From an uncultured bacterium (GTDB lineage: Bacteria > Patescibacteriota > Minisyncoccia > Phycocordibacterales > GWA1-40-21): DNA of 64,000 nucleotides. The notes under the pieces are model-generated. The model worked only from the letters and a program-made list of their open reading frames with translations. It was not told the DNA's origin and ran no database searches. Positions 55,385 through 62,606 of this stretch are shown here, piece by piece. The stretch spans positions 175,417-239,416 of the forward strand of contig OY970290.1 of the NCBI GenBank assembly GCA_963716205.1. Reading direction: 5' to 3'. Position numbers and translations under genes: made by a program. Numbering within the stretch: position 1 is the stretch's first letter; each line of letters begins with the position of its first letter.

Positions 55385-57424
55385 ATGTCAAAATTCAATC
55401 TCAAAGCACAATACGCCCCAGCAGGCGACCAGCCGCAAGCCATCAAAGAGCTTGTGGAAGGCATCAATAAAGATCTGAAAAAACAGACGCTTTTTGGCGC
55501 TACTGGCACGGGAAAGACATTCACTATTGCCAATGTTATCAATCAAATCCAAAAGCCGACCTTGGTCATCGCCCACAACAAAACGCTCGCTGCCCAGCTC
55601 GCCCAGGAATACAAAGAATTTTTTCCCGACAATGCCGTGCATTATTTCGTCTCATACTACGACTACTATCAGCCGGAGGCGTACATGCCGATCACCGACA
55701 CATATATAGAGAAGGAAGCGATGATCAACGAAGAGATTGACCGGCTTCGCCATGCTTCGACTCAAGCGCTTTTGACGAGAAAAGATGTCATCATCGTCGC
55801 ATCAGTTTCCTGCATCTACGGCTTGGGCAATCCGGAGGAATATGAAAAAGTGAATATCAAATTGGTGAAAGGTGAAAAAACCACTCGCCAAGAATTGATC
55901 AAGAAATTGATCCATGTGCATTTTGAACGGACGAATTCCGATATCAAGACAGGCACATTCCGCGCCATCGGCAACGCCATCGAAGTTATGCCGGTCAATG
56001 AAAAGATTCTCATCCGCATTGATATGGAAGATGATTCCATAAAAAATATTTCCCGCATCGATTCCGTTTCCCGCAAGCTTGTCGAGGAAGATATCAAAAC
56101 CATTTTTATTTTCCCGGCGAAACATTTCATCACCGATGCCGACCAGCAAAAGCGGGCGATAGAAAGTATTAAATTTGAATTAGAGGAACGCGTGGCAGAA
56201 TTGAAAAAAGACGGCAAGATGATTGAAGCAGAAAGACTGCGCCGACGCACTACGCACGATCTTTCGCTCATTCGTGAAGTCGGCTATTGCAATGGTATTG
56301 AAAATTATTCCCGCCACTTTTCCGGCAAAGCTGCAGGCGAAGCGCCGGATTCGCTTCTCGAATATTTCCCGAGAAAGGCGGACGGCACGCCGGATTTCCT
56401 CACCGTCATCGACGAGTCGCATGTGACCATCTCCCAGCTCAAAGGCATGTATGCCGGCGATGCTTCGCGCAAAAAAACTTTGATTGATTACGGTTTCCGT
56501 CTGCCATCTGCTCGGGACAACAGACCGCTCAAGTTTGACGAATTCGGCAAAAGGATAAATCAAGTCATTTATACGACCGCCACGCCCGGGGATTATGAAA
56601 AAGAAAATTCAGAAAAAATTGTGGAGCAGATTATCCGCCCGACGGGTCTCATCGATCCGATCGTAGATATCAAGCCGATCACCGAGGTCAAAGGCAAAAA
56701 CAAATCCCAAGTCTATGACTTCATCGACGAAGCGGAAAAAGTAGTAAAAAACGGCGGACGCGTCATCGCCACGACACTGACCAAAAAGATGGCGGAGGAT
56801 TTGAGCGCATATTTGAAAGAAAAAGGTGTGAAGGCGGAATATTTGCACAGTGAGATCAAAACCATCGACCGCATTGATATTCTGACCAATTTCCGCAAAG
56901 GTAAGTTTGACTGTCTCGTCGGCGTGAACCTTTTGCGTGAAGGACTTGATTTGCCCGAAGTAGAATTCATCGGCATACTTGATGCGGACAAAGAAGGTTT
57001 CCTGCGCTCGGATACTTCGCTCATCCAGACTATCGGCAGGGCAGCGAGAAATATTGCCGGGCGCGTGGTGCTCTATGCGGACAGGATGACGGGCTCGATG
57101 GAGCGGGCGATCGAGGAGACCAACAGGCGCCGCGAAAAGCAGCTTGCGTATAATAAAAAGCACGGCATCACGCCAAAGACGATCGTCAAAAAGATCCACG
57201 ACATCACGGAGCATATGCGCAGCGACCACGACAAAGCGGTGGCAGAACTCGTGCGCATCGATGAGCAAATGATCGCGAAATCTCCGGCGAAATTGATCAA
57301 GCAAAAAGAGATCCAAATGAACGCCGCAGTGAAAATGCTGGATTTTGAATCCGCCGCAATTTTGCGCGATGAGATCAAGATTTTGAAGGAGAGGACGGGG
57401 AAGAAGGATATTAAGAAAAAATAA
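55385..57424 (+). CDS. uvrB: excinuclease ABC subunit B
   Basis: 679 aa; Walker A GATGTGKTFT, helicase motifs, beta-hairpin region, C-terminal UvrB/UvrC interaction helix (AAILRDEIKILKE). Confidence 0.95.
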   Translation: MSKFNLKAQYAPAGDQPQAIKELVEGINKDLKKQTLFGATGTGKTFTIANVINQIQKPTLVIAHNKTLAAQLAQEYKEFFPDNAVHYFVSYYDYYQPEAYMPITDTYIEKEAMINEEIDRLRHASTQALLTRKDVIIVASVSCIYGLGNPEEYEKVNIKLVKGEKTTRQELIKKLIHVHFERTNSDIKTGTFRAIGNAIEVMPVNEKILIRIDMEDDSIKNISRIDSVSRKLVEEDIKTIFIFPAKHFITDADQQKRAIESIKFELEERVAELKKDGKMIEAERLRRRTTHDLSLIREVGYCNGIENYSRHFSGKAAGEAPDSLLEYFPRKADGTPDFLTVIDESHVTISQLKGMYAGDASRKKTLIDYGFRLPSARDNRPLKFDEFGKRINQVIYTTATPGDYEKENSEKIVEQIIRPTGLIDPIVDIKPITEVKGKNKSQVYDFIDEAEKVVKNGGRVIATTLTKKMAEDLSAYLKEKGVKAEYLHSEIKTIDRIDILTNFRKGKFDCLVGVNLLREGLDLPEVEFIGILDADKEGFLRSDTSLIQTIGRAARNIAGRVVLYADRMTGSMERAIEETNRRREKQLAYNKKHGITPKTIVKKIHDITEHMRSDHDKAVAELVRIDEQMIAKSPAKLIKQKEIQMNAAVKMLDFESAAILRDEIKILKERTGKKDIKKK

Positions 57425-57430
57425 TATGGA
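57409..57430 (+). repeat. 22-bp direct repeat, copy 1 (uvrB stop / NTase start junction)
   Basis: tattaagaaaaaataatatgga; identical copy at 57848-57869; each copy spans IKKK-stop, 1-nt spacer and ATG-G of the next gene. Confidence 0.8.
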
Positions 57431-57863
57431 TATTTTTGAACGAATTAAAGAATTAAATCTTCCAAAAGGTGAATACATGATATGCGGAAGCGCAATCCTC
57501 GCAGTTCTTGGTATCCGTGAAGCAAAAGACATTGATATTTTGGTATCACCAAAACTTTTTGAAGAATTAGAAAATAAACATGGATGGTTCAGGCATCCGA
57601 AATACAATGACTCTCTTGAACATCCGGAACATATTGCTGGAGCAAAAGCAAACTTGGATTTTATGAAAGAAAATTATACTCTCGATGAAGCACTTTCTCA
57701 GGCGGAAGTAATAAATGATATTCCTTTTATGAATCTTCAAGTGCTCGTGGAAGCAAAAAAACAGCTTGGTAGAGAAAAGGATTTAAAGGATATCGAATTG
57801 ATAGAAAAATTTTTGAAGGAGAGGGTGGAAAAAGGAGAGAAAAAAGTTATTAAGAAAAAATAA
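57426..57863 (+). CDS. minimal nucleotidyltransferase-fold protein, LinA(Lnu)/ANT(2'')-like
   Basis: 145 aa; LPKGEYMICGSAILAVLGIREAKDIDILVSP parallels the h-G-[GS]...R-E-x-x-D-I-D-I core of small lincosamide/aminoglycoside NTases; C-terminal LGREKDLKDIELIEKFL; AT-rich gene with atypical codons; 1 nt after uvrB stop. Confidence 0.55.
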   Translation: MDIFERIKELNLPKGEYMICGSAILAVLGIREAKDIDILVSPKLFEELENKHGWFRHPKYNDSLEHPEHIAGAKANLDFMKENYTLDEALSQAEVINDIPFMNLQVLVEAKKQLGREKDLKDIELIEKFLKERVEKGEKKVIKKK

Positions 57864-57869
57864 TATGGA
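57848..57869 (+). repeat. 22-bp direct repeat, copy 2 (NTase stop / TIR start junction)
   Basis: tattaagaaaaaataatatgga identical to 57409-57430; the two copies precisely bracket the 438-bp NTase ORF. Confidence 0.8.
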
Positions 57870-58542
57870 ATACACAAAACCTTATATAGATAGAGTTTTG
57901 CGAATATTTATAAGTTACTCTTCGAATGACAAGGTTTTGGCGGGTGATTTAAAAGCTGATTTAGATACATATGGTTTCGATACTTTTCTTGCACACGAAG
58001 ATATTGATTTTGCCACTGATTGGGAGAAACAAATACTTCGAGAACTAAAAAGTTGTGATATATTTATTCCAATTCTCTCTGAATCTTTTAAAGAGTCTGA
58101 TTGGGCTTCTCAGGAAATAGGAATTGCAATTGAACTTCAAAAAAAGATTTTACCTTTAAGTCATGGAATTGATCCATACGGATTTATTCGTGGGATTCAA
58201 GCAATGCGAATTGGGGGTAAGGGCAAATATCAATATATTTTTCAAGTTACTAATGAAATTGTTAATCATCTTAAAAATGATGAAAAATATCTGAAGGATT
58301 TAACTGATACCGTAATCAGAGAATTTGTAAATTCTGGTAGCTTCGATTCTGCAAATATTAGAGCAAAAATTTTAAAAACATTTAATGTGTTTAATGAAAA
58401 TCAGGCAACTGAAATAGCCAGGGGATATTTAATGAACTCTCAAATCAGGGGAGGTTTTGATTCTAAAGCTACAGCAGAAAAAATAATTAATGATAACAGA
58501 ACTAAAATTAATCGTGAAATATTAAAGGAGATTAATTTATAA
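57865..58542 (+). CDS. TIR-domain protein with uncharacterised C-terminal domain
   Basis: 225 aa; RIFISYSSNDKVLAGDLKADLDTYGFDTFLAHEDIDFATDWEKQILRELKSCDIFIPILSESFKESDWASQEIGIAIE matches TIR hallmarks (FISYS, G-F...D, W..I, C..FI.ILS, S.W...E with candidate catalytic Glu); about 30% GC. Confidence 0.75.
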   Translation: MEYTKPYIDRVLRIFISYSSNDKVLAGDLKADLDTYGFDTFLAHEDIDFATDWEKQILRELKSCDIFIPILSESFKESDWASQEIGIAIELQKKILPLSHGIDPYGFIRGIQAMRIGGKGKYQYIFQVTNEIVNHLKNDEKYLKDLTDTVIREFVNSGSFDSANIRAKILKTFNVFNENQATEIARGYLMNSQIRGGFDSKATAEKIINDNRTKINREILKEINL

Positions 58543-58604
58543 TTTACTAGACTTTTTCTAATTTTGTGATATAGTTTGTGGGAAGCAGTTCTATATCATC
58601 GCGG

Positions 58605-58856
58605 ATGCGAGAAAGGAAACAATCCTTGAGCCAAAGGAATAAACCGGAAGTGAAGAAAAAACCCTGGTTGTGCGGCGGAAAAAGAAAACTCGATACCAAA
58701 GAGCAGGCGGAAACACGAGCGCACTTTCTTGAGGAATCATCTCGTAAAGATGGCAAGAAAGTTTTTTACAAAGTTAAACCTTGCGAAAAGTGCGAAGGAT
58801 GGCATGTTCTGCTGGATCGTCAAGCAGTGGCAGTTGCTGTGCGAGCAATCGCCTGA
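58605..58856 (+). CDS. small basic Cys-containing protein, hypothetical (start at ATG 58605; ORF opens at TTG 58578)
   Basis: MRERKQSLSQRNKPEVKKKPWLCGG...FYKVKPCEKCEGWHVLL; preceded by 7-bp inverted repeat gatatag-N16-ctatatc; followed by terminator-like hairpin 58879-58907. Confidence 0.4.
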   Translation: MRERKQSLSQRNKPEVKKKPWLCGGKRKLDTKEQAETRAHFLEESSRKDGKKVFYKVKPCEKCEGWHVLLDRQAVAVAVRAIA

Positions 58857-58878
58857 AGTTAGTTCACGTTTACCAAAA

Positions 58879-58907
58879 CCCGTTCTCATTTCAGAGGCGG
58901 GTTTTTT
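58879..58907 (+). terminator. terminator-like hairpin + T-run
   Basis: cccg-ttctc-atttca-gag-g-cggg then TTTTTTATTT. Confidence 0.4.
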
Positions 58908-58909
58908 AT

Positions 58910-58938
58910 TTGCCAAAATCTCAAACTCGGCGTAGTAT
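58910..58938 (+). promoter_or_regulatory. sigma70-like promoter (TTGCCA-17-TAGTAT)
   Basis: TTGCCA 58910-58915, TAGTAT 58933-58938; the motif TTTTTTATTTGCCAAA recurs at 59367-59382 ahead of uvrA. Confidence 0.4.
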
Positions 58939-58980
58939 TTAGGCAGAAGCAAAATTGAAATCCATCCCAAGGAGACAGTG

Positions 58981-59193
58981 ATGAAAAAGTCATTCATGGC
59001 ATTCTTGTTGTATGTCGTTACGCTCATCAGAAATTTCTCAAACAAAGCGGGCTCACCTGTATTTTCAAACGGAAGCACAAGTTTGCTTCCATCGAAGTTG
59101 ATGCGCATCATCTGGATGCCCGGTGCGAATTATGTCGCACAGAACTCCGTGATGCAAAATCTTCGGCCGAATATAGGCGTTTGTTTCAAATAA
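58981..59193 (+). CDS. small protein with hydrophobic N-terminus, hypothetical (competes with antisense ORF 58737-59111)
   Basis: ATG 58981 preceded by AAGGAGA SD and the 58910 promoter; MKKSFMAFLLYVVTLIRNF...; stop overlaps the next ATG as TAATG. Confidence 0.3.
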   Translation: MKKSFMAFLLYVVTLIRNFSNKAGSPVFSNGSTSLLPSKLMRIIWMPGANYVAQNSVMQNLRPNIGVCFK

Positions 59194-59318
59194 TGAGTAT
59201 GACGATATCAAAGGATGGCTATGCCGCCGATGTTGTTTTTAGGACAGGTAGCGGTGTTCATTCAGTTCACGTCATGACGCACAAAGCCATGAAGCGAATG
59301 CTTGGACAAGATGAATAA
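59193..59318 (+). CDS. 41-aa ORF translationally coupled (TAATG) to the preceding small gene, hypothetical
   Basis: MSMTISKDGYAADVVFRTGSGVHSVHVMTHKAMKRMLGQDE; followed by terminator 59343-59372. Confidence 0.25.
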   Translation: MSMTISKDGYAADVVFRTGSGVHSVHVMTHKAMKRMLGQDE

Positions 59319-59342
59319 GAAAGTTGCCAATTTTCGGCAAAA

Positions 59343-59372
59343 AGCATCGACCTTCGGGTACGGTGCTTTTTT
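59343..59372 (+). terminator. rho-independent terminator (UUCG tetraloop) upstream of uvrA promoter
   Basis: agcatcgacc-ttcg-ggtacggtgct stem (one G-U, one bulge) followed by TTTTTT. Confidence 0.5.
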
Positions 59373-59373
59373 A

Positions 59374-59401
59374 TTTGCCAAACTCTGAAATGAAGTATAA
59401 T
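59374..59401 (+). promoter_or_regulatory. sigma70-like promoter for uvrA (TTTGCC/TTGCCA ... TATAAT)
   Basis: TTGCCA 59375-59380, perfect TATAAT 59396-59401 (15-16 nt spacer). Confidence 0.45.
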
Positions 59402-59449
59402 ATGCTCGTATACAACCCCTAGCGGCAAGCGAGGGGCGATTAATGTTAT

Positions 59450-62056
59450 ATGACACCACAAAAACCAACAAAAACAGGCTTCAATGAAGAAGCGAAAGAG
59501 ATCATCGTCAAAGGCGCGCGGACGCACAATCTGCGTGATATTACCGTGCACATGCCGCGCAATAAAATGATCGCGGTGACGGGCTTGTCCGGAAGCGGCA
59601 AGTCATCTTTTGCTTTTGATACGATCTTTGCGGAAGGGCAGAGACGATACGTGGAGTCACTTTCTTCATACGCAAGGCAATTCCTCCATCAGATGCAGAA
59701 GCCGGATGTGGACGAGATCATCGGACTTTCACCCGCGATCGCCATCGACCAAAAGTCGCGTTCCAACAATCCTCGCTCAACGGTCGCGACCATCACTGAG
59801 ATCTATGACTATTTGAGAATTCTCTATGCGCGTATCGGCAGGCCGCATTGTTTGGTGTGCAATCGAGAGATCAAGAAATTATCGAAAGAAGAAATTCTCG
59901 AGACGATCATTCATACGGTGACTCATTTAAAACAAGCAAAAAATTCCAAAGAAATTCTCGGCGTGGAAGTGAGCAATGACAAAGTGAAGATATTTTCTCC
60001 GGTCATCGTGGGACGAAAAGGGGAATACTATCAATTACTCTATGATCTTTTGGAAAAAGGATATGAGACGGTCAAAGTGGACGGCGAGCTGAAGAAATTG
60101 AGGAATCAGATCGTTCTTGCAAAAAATAAAGCGCACGATATCGATGTGCTCGTGGACGAATTTTATATTTCAGAATTCAAGGAGAAAAAATCCGGAATAA
60201 AGGAGCGATTGAGCGATGCAGTGGAAAAAGCAATCGAAGAATCAAAAGGTTTATTGAAAATCGAGACGCCCGAAGAGACGAAAATGATATCGGTGAAATT
60301 CATGTGCCCGTACGACGGATATTCGTATCCGGAGATTGAACCGCGGCTTTTCTCTTTCAATTCTCCGTATGGCGCTTGTCCTGAATGTCACGGACTCGGT
60401 ACAAAAGATTTCTGGACGGACGAGGTCTGCGATATGTGCCATGGAAAAAGATTGCGCGAGGAAGCATTGCATGTTTTGATTGGAGGAATAAACATTGTGG
60501 ACTACACGGTAAAGTCCATCACTGATGCGAAAATTTTCCTCGAAGGCGTGAAATTGACCGAGACTGAAATGGAGATCTGCAAAGTCATCTTGAAAGAGAT
60601 CGATGCGCGGCTGCGTTTTATGAGCGATGTCGGTATTGAATATCTTTCACTCGACAGACGGGCAAATACACTCTCGGGCGGAGAAGCACAACGTATTCGC
60701 CTGGCTAGTCAGCTCGGAAGCGGACTCGTCGGTGCGCTTTATGTGCTCGATGAGCCGACGATTGGTTTGCATCAAAGGGACAATGACAAACTCATAAAAA
60801 CATTGATAAATCTGCGTGATTTGGGAAATACCATTCTCGTCGTCGAGCATGACGAAGATACGATGTATGCATCGGACTATATCGTAGACATCGGTCCGGG
60901 CGCAGGAGTACACGGCGGCAAAGTTGTCGTTTCCGGCTGGCTCGATGAACTTTTGACTGCAAAGACGAACAAAAGTGGTTCGGTGACGCTTGATTATTTG
61001 CGCGGAGATCTGCAAGTGGAAATTCCGAAAAAAAGACGAGACCAGGACAAAGGCAAGCTGAAAGTGCGCGGCGGGAAGATTTTCAATATCAAAAATATGG
61101 ACGTGGATGTGCCGCTCGGCAAGCTCGTGATGATCACCGGCGTTTCTGGCTCGGGCAAATCTTCATTTGTGTATGAGATCCTTTACAAAAATCTGCAGGC
61201 GCGGCTTGAGCGCAAATATCGCTCGGCGAATATTTATAATTGCGGATCTTTTACCGGATCGGAATATGTTTCGCGCACGATCATGATCGACCAGTCGCCG
61301 ATCGGCAGGACTCCGCGCTCAAACCCGGCGACGTATATCGGCGCGTGGACATTCATCCGCGACATGTTTGCAACGACGGTGATGGCACGAGAAAGAGGAT
61401 GGAAATCAAACAGATTTTCATTCAATGTCAAAGGCGGCAGATGTGAGAACTGCGAAGGCAACGGCATGATCGAAGTGGAAATGCATTTCTTGCCGACGGT
61501 CTATGTGCCGTGCGATGTCTGTCATGGAAAAAGATTTACCAAAGAAACTTTGGAAGTGAAATATAAAGGCAAAAATATTCACGAAATATTGGAAATGACT
61601 GCGGAGGAAGCCCAGGAATTTTTTGCCGACTTGCCGGCAGTATATGATCGCATTAAATGTTTGAATGAAGTCGGTTTGGGATATCTGACCCTTGGTCAAT
61701 CTGCGACAACTTTGTCCGGTGGAGAAGCACAGCGCGTGAAAATTGCTTCGGAACTCTATCGTCCCGGTTTGCACAAGACCATTTACTTTTTGGATGAGCC
61801 GACGATAGGTCTACATTATGAAGATGTCAAAAAGTTGATCGAGATCTTGCAGAAGCTCGTGAATAACGGCAACACGGTCGTAGTCATCGAGCACAACATG
61901 GACATCATCAAATCCTCTGACTATATTATTGATATTGGTCCGGAAGGTGGGGACAAAGGCGGACAGATTGTTGCACGCGGCACGCCGGAAGACGTGGCAA
62001 TGAATGAAAAAAGCTATACGGGAAAATATTTGAAAAGGGTTTTGAAGAAGAAATAA
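59450..62056 (+). CDS. uvrA: excinuclease ABC subunit A
   Basis: 868 aa; tandem ABC ATPase modules (GLSGSGKSS, GVSGSGKSS; LSGGEAQR x2; LDEPT x2), Cys zinc fingers (CPECHG, CENCEG...CDVCHG). Confidence 0.95.
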   Translation: MTPQKPTKTGFNEEAKEIIVKGARTHNLRDITVHMPRNKMIAVTGLSGSGKSSFAFDTIFAEGQRRYVESLSSYARQFLHQMQKPDVDEIIGLSPAIAIDQKSRSNNPRSTVATITEIYDYLRILYARIGRPHCLVCNREIKKLSKEEILETIIHTVTHLKQAKNSKEILGVEVSNDKVKIFSPVIVGRKGEYYQLLYDLLEKGYETVKVDGELKKLRNQIVLAKNKAHDIDVLVDEFYISEFKEKKSGIKERLSDAVEKAIEESKGLLKIETPEETKMISVKFMCPYDGYSYPEIEPRLFSFNSPYGACPECHGLGTKDFWTDEVCDMCHGKRLREEALHVLIGGINIVDYTVKSITDAKIFLEGVKLTETEMEICKVILKEIDARLRFMSDVGIEYLSLDRRANTLSGGEAQRIRLASQLGSGLVGALYVLDEPTIGLHQRDNDKLIKTLINLRDLGNTILVVEHDEDTMYASDYIVDIGPGAGVHGGKVVVSGWLDELLTAKTNKSGSVTLDYLRGDLQVEIPKKRRDQDKGKLKVRGGKIFNIKNMDVDVPLGKLVMITGVSGSGKSSFVYEILYKNLQARLERKYRSANIYNCGSFTGSEYVSRTIMIDQSPIGRTPRSNPATYIGAWTFIRDMFATTVMARERGWKSNRFSFNVKGGRCENCEGNGMIEVEMHFLPTVYVPCDVCHGKRFTKETLEVKYKGKNIHEILEMTAEEAQEFFADLPAVYDRIKCLNEVGLGYLTLGQSATTLSGGEAQRVKIASELYRPGLHKTIYFLDEPTIGLHYEDVKKLIEILQKLVNNGNTVVVIEHNMDIIKSSDYIIDIGPEGGDKGGQIVARGTPEDVAMNEKSYTGKYLKRVLKKK

Positions 62057-62061
62057 AAAAA

Positions 62062-62085
62062 GCCCAGAACCTTGCGGTTCCGGGC
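62062..62085. terminator. terminator hairpin shared by uvrA (+) and the minus-strand 62102 gene
   Basis: gcccagaacc-ttgc-ggttccgggc; preceded by A8 run that gives a T-run for the minus-strand transcript. Confidence 0.5.
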
Positions 62086-62101
62086 ATGTATTGATGGTTT
62101 A

Positions 62102-62392
62102 CTATTTTATTTTAGCTATTCCTTTAGCAAACCAATCATTCTTTTTTCTTAGTCGTTCAAAAATTCTTCTCTTTAGATATTCCTTACTTTTTCGCCGGAT
62201 CCATTCGGCGGGCGTCTCAGAAGGAATTTTTACGGTGAAATCTGCAGATTCTATTTGTACCAAGGTTAAAACTTCTTTCACGGTCTTTTTCCACAATTTC
62301 TCGTGAAAGGGTAAATTTTTCTGGAACTCTTTCAAGAGTCCATTAACCTTTTTCTCTAACTTTTTGAGTTTCTTTCTTTTTCCCTTTATCAC
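62102..62392 (-). CDS. hypothetical basic protein (96 aa, GTG start), AT-rich cassette gene 2
   Basis: MIKGKRKKLKKLEKKVNGLLKEF...; GTG start 4 nt after GGAGGT SD which itself follows the stop of the upstream 66-aa gene; AT-rich. Confidence 0.4.
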   Translation of the reverse strand: MIKGKRKKLKKLEKKVNGLLKEFQKNLPFHEKLWKKTVKEVLTLVQIESADFTVKIPSETPAEWIRRKSKEYLKRRIFERLRKKNDWFAKGIAKIK

Positions 62393-62405
62393 ATGAACCT
62401 CCTTT

Positions 62406-62606
62406 CTAATTTAGATAAACTGAAAAAACAAAAACTTCCTCTTCGCGAAACTCTTTGTTAATGACTGTCAAAAACTTCTTCACATCAGCAAGACATTTTT
62501 TACTTTCTTGGCTGATTTCGCGAGCCTCGACAAGAATATCTTTTAATGTTTTCAAGAAATCCTCCAGAGTTGAGTTGATCCGTTTGCTATGGTATAACAC
62601 TAACAA
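62406..62606 (-). CDS. hypothetical small protein (66 aa), AT-rich cassette gene 1
   Basis: MLVLYHSKRINSTLEDFLKTLKDILVEAREISQESKKCLADVKKFLTVINKEF...; divergent from uvrC; AT-rich. Confidence 0.4.
   Translation of the reverse strand: MLVLYHSKRINSTLEDFLKTLKDILVEAREISQESKKCLADVKKFLTVINKEFREEEVFVFSVYLN

Noticed and set aside
56609-57607. 332-aa minus-strand ORF antisense to uvrB and the NTase gene
   Set aside because: Overlaps the uvrB coding region, whose motifs are unambiguous; composition is typical of an antisense reading.
58737-59111. 124-aa minus-strand ORF in the uvrB-uvrA insert
   Set aside because: Not rejected outright but disfavoured: no SD, overlaps the 3' end of the 58605-58856 gene, whereas the plus strand carries a promoter, a strong SD, translational coupling and a terminator. 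Listed as a finding for verification.
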